From assembly GCA_050115495.1 (NCBI GenBank), contig JASFQK010000004.1, forward strand, positions 1 through 64,000: a stretch of 64,000 nt of DNA. The letters run 5' to 3'. Source of the stretch: Phycisphaerae bacterium (GTDB lineage Bacteria; Planctomycetota; Phycisphaerae; UBA1845; Fen-1342). Made by a program: the position numbers and the translations under genes. Below are positions 8,632 through 17,016 of the stretch, one piece after another (the first letter of the stretch is position 1; each line of letters opens with the position of its first letter). Below the pieces are notes generated by a model. That model was not told the origin of the DNA and did not search any database. It saw only the letters and a list, made by a program, of their open reading frames with translations.

Positions 8632-9735
8632 TTAGCGGCGGCGCAGCAGAGCCAGCGTGCCGAGGACGATCGACAGGAACGACGTCGGCTCCGGAATCAG
8701 CAGGACGAACCCGCGGTTCTGTCCGTTGTACGTGCCGTTTCCGGCGATCCAGCCGGTGTCACTGATGGCGATGCCTTCACGGAGGACCCAGCCCGAGCCC
8801 GCCGGAAGGAAGTCATTCAGGTCGGTCATGACGCCGTCTTCCCAGATGAACGCGTGCGTCTGGCCGCTGTCCGTGGAAGAGACGCCGACGGCCACGCCCA
8901 GGTTGTTGATGTCCCAGGCAAAGCTGTAGTTCCCGCCCAGATGGCCCATGTCGATGATGTTGCCTTGTTCCCACAGAGTGGCATGGATGATCTCGTCCGG
9001 CACGAGGTCCGAGTAGCCGACGATCTGGCCCGAATCATTGATGCCCCAGGCCTCGGCGTAGCACCAGTCGGATTCACCAATCGTGCCCAGGTCCTTCGAG
9101 GTCTCACCGTCGAAGGCGTAGGCCCGCCACGGGCCGTCACCCATCCAGTAGCCGGTGGTCTGGCCGAGGTTGTTGATGCGGTGGCCCGAATAGAACACGC
9201 TGCCGGGGACAGCGGGAATCAGACTCGAGGGCTCGGACTGCCCCACCTGCCAAGTGCACGCCGCGAACTCCGGGGAGCCGCCGGTTTCGTACGAGCCGAC
9301 AATGACGCCGGCATCGTTGATGCCCATGCCTTCAGACCAGCACGTCGAGCTGTTGCCCGGCGGGTTGAGCGTCGTCACCGCTCCGGCATCCCAGGAGAAC
9401 CCGCGGTTGTCGCCACTCGTGCGGCCGTACCAGCCGGCCACCTGCCCGTTGTTGTTGATCCCCCAGGCCAGACCCTGGGTCACGCCGGTCTGACCGGCGA
9501 GCAGGTCGGTCATGGTGCCGTTGTCCCACAGGTACGCCATCCGCGTGCCGCTCGCGGTGTAGGATGTACCGACGACCTGGCCATGATTGTTGACGTCAAA
9601 CACTTGACTTCTCGACCCATCGGACGGGATCTCCCAGATGCCCTCGATGTCGTCGGCACACACCGACACTACGGCGAGCAGGGCTATCGCCGTGGTCAAC
9701 CAGCGCGACAGATTGAGCTTGTGCAACTGCATCAT
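8632..9735 (-). CDS. PEP-CTERM protein with HAF-type extracellular repeats
   Basis: Repeated AWGINxxGQ(I/V)VG and HAFIWEDGVMTDL; C-terminal IPEPTSFLSIVLGTLALLRRR. Confidence 0.93.
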   Translation of the reverse strand: MMQLHKLNLSRWLTTAIALLAVVSVCADDIEGIWEIPSDGSRSQVFDVNNHGQVVGTSYTASGTRMAYLWDNGTMTDLLAGQTGVTQGLAWGINNNGQVAGWYGRTSGDNRGFSWDAGAVTTLNPPGNSSTCWSEGMGINDAGVIVGSYETGGSPEFAACTWQVGQSEPSSLIPAVPGSVFYSGHRINNLGQTTGYWMGDGPWRAYAFDGETSKDLGTIGESDWCYAEAWGINDSGQIVGYSDLVPDEIIHATLWEQGNIIDMGHLGGNYSFAWDINNLGVAVGVSSTDSGQTHAFIWEDGVMTDLNDFLPAGSGWVLREGIAISDTGWIAGNGTYNGQNRGFVLLIPEPTSFLSIVLGTLALLRRR

Positions 9736-9902
9736 CTCCTCCTCCTTTACAAGTGTTGAGGAACTCGGGGTTGCTACACCAGTGCCTTGCAGGCACGACT
9801 CCTCGAACGAAGTCGCCGACCGGACGACGCTACCACTTCATGCCGCCCGGTGCGGCGACGTACTTCACACGGGGGCCGGCGTTTGCCGGTGGTACTCCTC
9901 TC

Positions 9903-11141
9903 TCACGGCCGCGGGGGCAGGCGTTGCCACGCGCATACCGACGTCGGAATCGGCGGATACTGCATCTGCACGCGGAACACGTCGAAGCGATCGGCCGCCC
10001 AGCCAAGGCGATCGAACATGCTCTGCACCATCTCCGCGTACTGTGGCACGAGCGGCGTGCGGGCCACCTGCACACCCTGACCCAGGTGCGTTACCGACTC
10101 GAACACGCGCAATCGATCCCGGTCATCGCGCATGTCCGGCCCGCCGAGTTCGCCGTACACCCGCAGCTCACGCTCCGTGGGCCCAAAAAGGTCTTGGTGG
10201 ACGAACTGATCGAAGATCAACCGTTCGACCGGCGTGCGCAACTGCACGCCAAACTCGGCGATCTCGTTGTGTTCGTCCTGATAGCGCGTGGCGGCGTTAC
10301 GCGACACCTCGGCCATGTAGAACGTCATTGCCCCCCGATTGCCGATCGGTGTCTCGACCAGCTCGTCCTCGAAGAAGCCGTGCGCGCCGCGGCGTCGCCG
10401 GAACTTCGGCAACGGCTGCGAGCAGAACTCGGTCAGCAGTGGGACGCCGCCCGCCGCTCCCAGGCTCTCGGTGCCGCCCAGCGGTTCGCGCGCGTCGGGT
10501 CGGCGCTCGGTCCAGTCATCGTCCGTGCCTTTGGTCCGGAAGAGGACGTGCGGGACGTTCTGTCGCGTGCGGCGGAAGTTGCGGAATCCCCGGAGGCGCG
10601 TCACGTCGAACAGGCCGTCCTGGGCCGATGGCTGCATGAGAAGCGCTACCACGTGCACCTGGGCTTGCATGCCCCAGATGTAGCTGCCGGAGTTGAACAT
10701 AGCCTGGCGCTGGGCGAGATCCGCCTTCTGGGCTCCGTCGCTGGCGCAAGCCGTCAGGAGCATGTTGAGCGATTCCCGATCACCCGCATGAACTCTGGTC
10801 AGGCGGTCGAAATCCCTCATGGCGGCGCGGGCGGTATCGATCAGGGTGGGTTCGACGCCGCGCAGTTCCGCGGCGGCCAAGAACCTGCTTAGGGGCACCG
10901 CGGTGGGGACGTGGTGGCCGGCGAGGAAGAGATCAGGCTGGTAGACGACGTTGGCGATTTGCCAGCCCAGTTTGCGGTGGATACCCAGTGCTTTCGAGAC
11001 TTCGTGGGCGCGGGTGACTTCGCCGGGCAGGCGATGCAGGATGGCCACGAATGCGTCGCGAACGCGTCCGATTACCTCCGGAGCTTCGACCCCAAACGGG
11101 CGTGTCCCCAAGCCGGCAGCTTTCTCTCCCGTCGTTTCCAT
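9903..11141 (-). CDS. Uncharacterised protein, putative HTH transcriptional regulator (paralog 2)
   Basis: RAHEVSKALGIHRKLGWQI HTH-like; shares SYIWGxQA, VPLLxxFCSxP, LRTPxE, YAEM...DRLGW, QYPP with 5596-6843. Confidence 0.7.
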   Translation of the reverse strand: METTGEKAAGLGTRPFGVEAPEVIGRVRDAFVAILHRLPGEVTRAHEVSKALGIHRKLGWQIANVVYQPDLFLAGHHVPTAVPLSRFLAAAELRGVEPTLIDTARAAMRDFDRLTRVHAGDRESLNMLLTACASDGAQKADLAQRQAMFNSGSYIWGMQAQVHVVALLMQPSAQDGLFDVTRLRGFRNFRRTRQNVPHVLFRTKGTDDDWTERRPDAREPLGGTESLGAAGGVPLLTEFCSQPLPKFRRRRGAHGFFEDELVETPIGNRGAMTFYMAEVSRNAATRYQDEHNEIAEFGVQLRTPVERLIFDQFVHQDLFGPTERELRVYGELGGPDMRDDRDRLRVFESVTHLGQGVQVARTPLVPQYAEMVQSMFDRLGWAADRFDVFRVQMQYPPIPTSVCAWQRLPPRP

Positions 11142-11470
11142 GCGCCTGAAAATAACGGATTCCGGCCTGGATTTCCAGGTGAATTTCCGAAACACACACG
11201 GAAATGCGCCGCGACAGGCAACCAGGCAAGGGAAAGTGTTCATAAACTCTTGTAGTACAGTGTCTTATGGCTAATGAATCGCCGGGCGACCGCTGTTGTT
11301 CGATGAACACCCGGGGCGCGTGATGTTGACCCCTGGAGTCCTGCCGACACGCGGCGGGTGTCGCCGCGGATCCCGCCATCATCTCAGGGCCTCATCGGGC
11401 GCTGCGTGGTCGAGCGAACGACGAGCGCTTCCGAGCGGCAGGCGCTGGCGGCGCCCCGGACAGAGTACGC

Positions 11471-11500
11471 TTGAACACCTTATGGCGTATGCACTACAAT
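11471..11500 (+). promoter_or_regulatory. Sigma70-like promoter of PEP-CTERM gene
   Basis: TTGAAC-N18-TACAAT, about 230 nt upstream of ATG 11733. Confidence 0.5.
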
Positions 11501-11732
11501 GCAGGCAGGTGGGAAGTCTGATTCGACGGAACCAGACTTTCGCAGGGAAGCAAAGGGAACGGAGGCAGGCAACGGAGGGCGAGCTTCACCTCTCCGCGTA
11601 TTCGCTTGCGCGTTTCGTGTACTCGGCGCCGGCTTGTTCGTTGGGCCTGGCATTATCAGCCGAGTTCGTGCTTCTACTCAATTCTTGTGGCGTGGAAGGC
11701 ATCACCGCTGTCCACGGAAAGGAGGATGGGTC

Positions 11733-13094
11733 ATGCGCATGATTGTTTGGTTGCGTTTGGCAACCGTTGTCGCTTGCGGCGTACTGCTCGCCCTGGCGAC
11801 GCCGGTGGCAGCCCAGACGGCCACGGCGCTGGTTCGGGAGGAACAGGAGCTCCCCGGCGCTCCAGGGCAGGTGGTCGACTCGATCGGTAACTCGGCGGTG
11901 AACCACGTCGGCGGTTATGCATTCGGTGTCGTCACGGTGGGCACGGGCACGCTGAGTACCGGTTGGGGCAACGCAACGGGTGGCGCGGGCACCGTGCTGC
12001 GTACCGAGGGGATCTTCGGCGACTACGATCAGACGTCGTGGGAGAGCTTCTACGGTATGGCCAACTCCGGCGCGCTAAGCTACAGCCCGCTCTGCACGTA
12101 CATTCCCTCAGGCACGACGAGCCTGGACAGCGTCTGGCTGGAGGACACCTTCATCGCCATGGAGGAGACGGCGTATCCGCACGCCGCCGGCTACTACTGG
12201 AGTTTCGGCAGCCGGCCGGGCGTGACGGCCGACGGTGTGCCGTACTTCGTCGGCGGTATCACGACGACGCCGGGCGGTTCGACGCAGAACCGCGGTCTGT
12301 TCTACGGCATGTCGGCCACGCCGCTGTTGATGGGCGGCGACACACTGCCCAACCTGCCCTACGTGCTCGACACGAGCAGCACCGTCAGCTTCGACTACCG
12401 CTTCTCGGCGCTCGGCACGAACTACATGGGCGAAGTCCAGATGGATACGACCAGCACCGTCGACAATGCCATGGTGATGAACGGTTCGGGTCTTATGCTG
12501 GGCGGCGGCCTCGTTCGCGAGGGCTCCACGATGCCGGAGGCTATCGGCGGTCTGCCCGGCGAGAACTGGGACAACTTCGACTACCTCAGCATCACCGAGT
12601 CCGGCAGCTACCTCATGACCGGCGACAGCGATGCCGCCAGTGGCGTTGACGAGTTCGTCATCGTCAACGGCCAGGTCGTCATGCGCGAAGGCGACATGCT
12701 TGGCGACTACACTCTCAGCGGTTCGATCGAAGGTGGCTACATGAACGAGGACGGCGACTGGGCCGTCGTCTGGGACGTCAACGAACCGGGCCGGGCGAAT
12801 ATCGAAGTGCTGATCGTCAATGGCGACATCGTTCTCAAAGAAGGCGATGCGGTGGATTGGGATGGCGACGGTTTGCCTGACGCCGACGCGATCGTGACCG
12901 ACTTCACCGGGCTCAGCGCCCTGACCGTCGGCGACCGCGGCATGCGAGGTGAGGACTTCTTCGATATCTACACGACGATCGACGTGGACATAGATGGCCG
13001 CGTTTTCGAGGGCGGATTCCGGCTGTCCATTCCTGAGCCAGCGACGTTCTCGCTGTTGCTCCTGGGCGGTCTGGCCCTGCTGCGCCGACGGTAG
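11733..13094 (+). CDS. PEP-CTERM sorting domain protein, beta-repeat-like
   Basis: AAGGAGG RBS, signal peptide, repeated (M/V/L)(R/K)EG(D/S) motifs, C-terminal IPEPATFSLLLLGGLALLRRR. Confidence 0.92.
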   Translation: MRMIVWLRLATVVACGVLLALATPVAAQTATALVREEQELPGAPGQVVDSIGNSAVNHVGGYAFGVVTVGTGTLSTGWGNATGGAGTVLRTEGIFGDYDQTSWESFYGMANSGALSYSPLCTYIPSGTTSLDSVWLEDTFIAMEETAYPHAAGYYWSFGSRPGVTADGVPYFVGGITTTPGGSTQNRGLFYGMSATPLLMGGDTLPNLPYVLDTSSTVSFDYRFSALGTNYMGEVQMDTTSTVDNAMVMNGSGLMLGGGLVREGSTMPEAIGGLPGENWDNFDYLSITESGSYLMTGDSDAASGVDEFVIVNGQVVMREGDMLGDYTLSGSIEGGYMNEDGDWAVVWDVNEPGRANIEVLIVNGDIVLKEGDAVDWDGDGLPDADAIVTDFTGLSALTVGDRGMRGEDFFDIYTTIDVDIDGRVFEGGFRLSIPEPATFSLLLLGGLALLRRR

Positions 13095-13144
13095 GCCGGT
13101 TGTTGGTCGACGAGTCTCAGGATCGGCGCGCTACGCGTGAGGCG

Positions 13145-13176
13145 GGAACCGGGTCGTGAACAAGCGACCCGGTTCC
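13145..13176 (+). terminator. Terminator-like hairpin
   Basis: GGAACCGGGTCG-N8-CGACCCGGTTCC, perfect 12-bp stem after the PEP-CTERM gene. Confidence 0.65.
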
Positions 13177-13445
13177 TGTCATTGTGTGGCGCCCGTTGAC
13201 GTGCGTCCGGACGTGCTGGCGGGTCGGCTACTTGTCTAGACCTGCGTCATTTCCCGAAATCCGCGTTACGGTTGCGCCTCCCGCCGGACTAGGAGAACAG
13301 GAATACTGTTCTCGCGGGCGGGCCGGGGGGCCGCCCGTGACCCTTTGCGCTCGACAGCGCCTATTGCTCCAGTGCGTCGTCGGCAACTTCTGTGGTGCGC
13401 GCATCTCGTGAGTTGTCGGGGCTGTTGTGGTATAATGGCCTCGAC

Positions 13446-14084
13446 ATGATGGGCGTGCCGATCTCCGACGAGGTGGTGCACGCGGCGGCGGAGGGCGTGT
13501 CTACAGCCCGCGACGCGTTGCTCGCAGCGGTGGAGCCGCGGGTGCGGTTGATGGTGGCGGCGCGGCTGAGTCCACGACCGGAGCAATTCGCCGCCGTGGA
13601 CGACATCACACAGGAAGTCCTGCTCGCAACGATGACAGGACTAAGGGGACTGCGCATACAGACGGCGGCCGGCCTGCGGGCCTTCATCGCCGCGACGGCC
13701 AGGAACAAGGTCGCCGACTATATCGATGGCGGGCGTCATGCGGGCATCGGCGGGGCGACGGCAACGGTGTGCCTCGAGACGACGATCCACGCGCTGTCCG
13801 GGGCTGCTCCGTTGTGGGCCTTGCTGTCGAGCAGCGGCACGACGCCCTCAGCAGCCTTCGAGCGCGATGAGCTGGCGGTCCGAATGCTGGGTGAGTTGGG
13901 GCGGTTGCCCGAGCACTATCGCGACATCGTTACGCTGGCCTTCTTCGGCGGGCTGACCACGAGAGAGATCGCGGCGGACAAGGGCAAGGAGCGCGGGGCC
14001 GTGGCCATGATGTTGCTACGGGCCATCCGCATACTGCGGCGGCAAATGACGGGTTCGAGCCGGTGTGGCTTCGTGGATGGTTGA
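13446..14084 (+). CDS. ECF sigma factor, kinase-associated planctomycete type
   Basis: VDDITQEV, ARNKVAD, long sigma2-sigma4 linker with SSSGTTPS, LPEHYRDIVTL...TTREIA; overlaps downstream kinase; start uncertain. Confidence 0.85.
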   Translation: MMGVPISDEVVHAAAEGVSTARDALLAAVEPRVRLMVAARLSPRPEQFAAVDDITQEVLLATMTGLRGLRIQTAAGLRAFIAATARNKVADYIDGGRHAGIGGATATVCLETTIHALSGAAPLWALLSSSGTTPSAAFERDELAVRMLGELGRLPEHYRDIVTLAFFGGLTTREIAADKGKERGAVAMMLLRAIRILRRQMTGSSRCGFVDG

Positions 14085-16584
14085 GCCGGGTGGAGACAAG
14101 CCGGACGAACTGGCCGACCGCGTCGATGAGGCGTTGGCGGCCCTGCTGGAGAAGGGGGACAGCGCGCCGCTGGCGGGGTTACTGGGCGAGTCGGATGACG
14201 GTCCCGGACTGGACGCGATGTTTGGTCCACTGCTCGCTGGCGGGGCGGTGCGGGTGGTCGGACTGCCGGCGGACGGCGAGGTCCCGGGATACCAGATCGT
14301 GCGGGAGGTCGGCCGTGGGGGGATGGGTGTGGTCTACGAGGCGCAGCAGGAGCACCCGCATCGGCGGGTGGCATTGAAAGTGCTGCCGACCCTGGGCGCG
14401 GACAAACACGCCCGTGAGCTGTTCCACCGCGAGGTGCAGACGCTGGCCCTTCTGTCACATCCGGGTATCGCCACGATCTACCACGCCGGGCAGACCGAAG
14501 GTGGGCAGCAGTTCTTCACGATGGAGCTCGTCGAGGGGGCCACGCTGATCGAGTACTGCCGGGAGCACGGACTGTCCCGCAGGGACCGGCTGCTGCTGTT
14601 TCTGCGGGTGTGCGAGGCGGTGGCCTACGCCCATCGCCACGGCGTCGTGCACCGCGACCTCAAGCCGGCGAACATCCGGGTGGACGCGGAGGGCAATCCG
14701 CGGCTGCTCGACTTCGGCCTGGCCCGCCTGACCGGAGCTGATGTGTCGTTGGTCACGCCGCCGACCGAGCCCGGGCGGATCATGGGCACGTTTTCGCACA
14801 TGAGTCCGGAGCAGGCCCGCGGTGACTCGGCGAAAATCGACGCGCGGGCGGATGTGTATGCGCTGGGCGTGATTCTGTACGAGCTGCTGTCAGGTCGGCG
14901 GCCGTACGAGCTGAAAGCGGCTTCCTCAATCGAGGTGGCGCGGATCATCTGCGAGCGGCTGCCGAAGCCGCCGAGTGCGCACGACCCGGCCCTGCGGGGC
15001 GATCTGGACACCATCGTGCTGAAGGCATTGGAGAAGGAGCGCGACCAGCGCTACGCCTCGGTCGAGGAGCTGGCCGATGACGTTCGGCGGCACATGCGGG
15101 GTGAGCCGCTCATGGCCCGGCGGCGGCGCGTGAGCTACGTGGCGTCCCGGTGGGTGCGGCGGCATCGGCGGCGGTTGCTGGCGGCGGCGGGAGCTGTGCT
15201 GCTGGCCGTGCTGGGCGTCCATGGCGGCTTGTGGTGGCGTGACGCGGCGCTGGACGCTCGGCGGGAGCGTGAAGTGGCCAGAATGCGCGCGTCGATCGTC
15301 GAAATCGCTCGCGATGCGGAGCTCGTCCGGCTGGAGGTCGCGTTCAGACGTGTGCAATCGCTAGTCGACCGGCGCGATGAGGCCCCGGAGTTGGAGTTGC
15401 TGTGGGCCAGCATCATCTTTCGGCTCGGCCGGCAGAACGGCGATCGGAGCAGTGAGACGCACGCTATCCACCGCTTGTTGGAAATACCCGCTGGTGACGC
15501 AAGAAGCTGGGCCGCCACGGCGTTGCTCGCAGAGATGGGTGAGCAAGCGAAGGACACGCGGCTGGCGTCGCTGGACGGCAGCGCTGCGGCGGTTGTGCCG
15601 GACACAACCGAGGCACGCTATCTCCGCACCTACGCCACGATGGACCCGGCTCGGGCCTGTGCGTATGCCGAGGAGGCGGCCCGGCGTGATCCGGACCACT
15701 ACCTCACGGCAATCCGGCTGGCCAATCTGCGCCTGGTGACGGCCGACTTCGCCGGAGCCCGCGAGGCGGCCAAACGTGTGCGAGCTTTGGGGGGCGACGA
15801 TTTCACGTGGCGGATGTTCGAGGGCAATGCGTGCCTGATGGCCGGGGAGTACGAGGCGGCAGTGCAGCAATACAAGCTTGCGGCCAAGTGCCGTCCGGAA
15901 CGCTACGAGCCGTGGGACGGACAGGGCCATGCTTACCTCTGTGCGGGGAAGTACGCCGCGGCCGCGGTTGCGACGGAAGGGTGGGACGGCGACTCGGGAG
16001 TGATGTGGGTCGTGTACCGACGAGCCACGCTGCTGTGGATCCTGGGCCGGCGGGAAGAGGCTGTGGAGGAGTACCGCAAGTTCCGGGCGCAGTACGGGCG
16101 GACGTTTTACGCGGACCACCGTCTGTACCTGGTACTCGCCGAGCTGGCCTACCTTCACGATCGGGCGGGGGAAATCGCCGAAGCCGAGCGAGCGGAGCAA
16201 GCGGCGCAGGAGGCCCTGGCGATGGGTACCGAGGCGGCGCGTGCGAATGCTTGGATGTCGACCCTCTTCCAGTGCCTGCGTGGTGAGATCTCGCCCGACG
16301 AGCTGCGAGCCACCACGGCGCCGAGGAGCAAAACGTACACCTGCGAGGCCTGCTATTACGCCGGCGAGACCTGTCTACTGCGGGCCCGGGCCGCCCGCAA
16401 TGTGGAGGAAGTCAAACGCTGGCTGGCGGTAGCGGGCGACGCCTTCCGCGCCTGCGTCGACACCGGTCTCGTGCTGGAAGAGGGCAAGTACCGTCCACAG
16501 GCGATGAACGAATATCACTTGGCCGTGTGGCGGCTCGATCTGCTGGCGCATGGGGATCCGGCGATTCCCACCGTCGGCGACTAG
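14077..16584 (+). CDS. Membrane Ser/Thr protein kinase with TPR-like C-terminal region
   Basis: GRGGMGVVY, VALK, HRDLKPAN, DFG, MSPE, DVYALG; TM near residue 375; helical repeats. Confidence 0.95.
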   Translation: MVEPGGDKPDELADRVDEALAALLEKGDSAPLAGLLGESDDGPGLDAMFGPLLAGGAVRVVGLPADGEVPGYQIVREVGRGGMGVVYEAQQEHPHRRVALKVLPTLGADKHARELFHREVQTLALLSHPGIATIYHAGQTEGGQQFFTMELVEGATLIEYCREHGLSRRDRLLLFLRVCEAVAYAHRHGVVHRDLKPANIRVDAEGNPRLLDFGLARLTGADVSLVTPPTEPGRIMGTFSHMSPEQARGDSAKIDARADVYALGVILYELLSGRRPYELKAASSIEVARIICERLPKPPSAHDPALRGDLDTIVLKALEKERDQRYASVEELADDVRRHMRGEPLMARRRRVSYVASRWVRRHRRRLLAAAGAVLLAVLGVHGGLWWRDAALDARREREVARMRASIVEIARDAELVRLEVAFRRVQSLVDRRDEAPELELLWASIIFRLGRQNGDRSSETHAIHRLLEIPAGDARSWAATALLAEMGEQAKDTRLASLDGSAAAVVPDTTEARYLRTYATMDPARACAYAEEAARRDPDHYLTAIRLANLRLVTADFAGAREAAKRVRALGGDDFTWRMFEGNACLMAGEYEAAVQQYKLAAKCRPERYEPWDGQGHAYLCAGKYAAAAVATEGWDGDSGVMWVVYRRATLLWILGRREEAVEEYRKFRAQYGRTFYADHRLYLVLAELAYLHDRAGEIAEAERAEQAAQEALAMGTEAARANAWMSTLFQCLRGEISPDELRATTAPRSKTYTCEACYYAGETCLLRARAARNVEEVKRWLAVAGDAFRACVDTGLVLEEGKYRPQAMNEYHLAVWRLDLLAHGDPAIPTVGD

Positions 16585-16591
16585 GGGGTGG

Positions 16592-16969
16592 TCAATCGTC
16601 TTCGGGACCGGCGGCCGGCTTGTAGTAGCGGCCGCGGAACTCGTCGGCGGGGTACTTGCGGGCGTTGCGGGCCATCTTCGCCGTCACCGCCGACGAGAGG
16701 TCGATCTCCAGCGTGTTGGCCAGCGAGAGCACGTAGCACATGATGTCGGCCACTTCGTCGGTGATCTCGGCCCGCCGCCGGGGATCCTCGAGCAGGGCGG
16801 GCAGCTCGTCCGAGCGGACCCACTGGAAATGCTCCATCAGCTCGGCGGTCTCGATGGCGATGGACATGGCTAGGTTCTTGGGGTCGTGGTAACGCTGCCA
16901 CTCGCGCTCGGCGATGAACTCAGCCAGCAAGGCGCGCAGCTCGGCGAGCGTCGTCGTGCTGTCAGACAT
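16592..16969 (-). CDS. MazG-like nucleotide pyrophosphohydrolase (dCTP pyrophosphatase type)
   Basis: EREWQRYHDPKNLAMSIAIETAELMEHFQW, DEVAD, KMARNARKYP. Confidence 0.92.
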   Translation of the reverse strand: MSDSTTTLAELRALLAEFIAEREWQRYHDPKNLAMSIAIETAELMEHFQWVRSDELPALLEDPRRRAEITDEVADIMCYVLSLANTLEIDLSSAVTAKMARNARKYPADEFRGRYYKPAAGPEDD

Positions 16970-17016
16970 CAAACCCTCCCAACTCCGTCGTGGCCGGGGC
17001 GGACGCCGCCGGCCGG

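Noticed and set aside
11343..11412. Fragments resembling the duplicated leader (CGACAC..GTGTCG; GGGCCTnAnCGG..CGTGGTCG)
   Set aside because: Short, in swapped order and upstream of the predicted promoter; plausibly chance at this GC content
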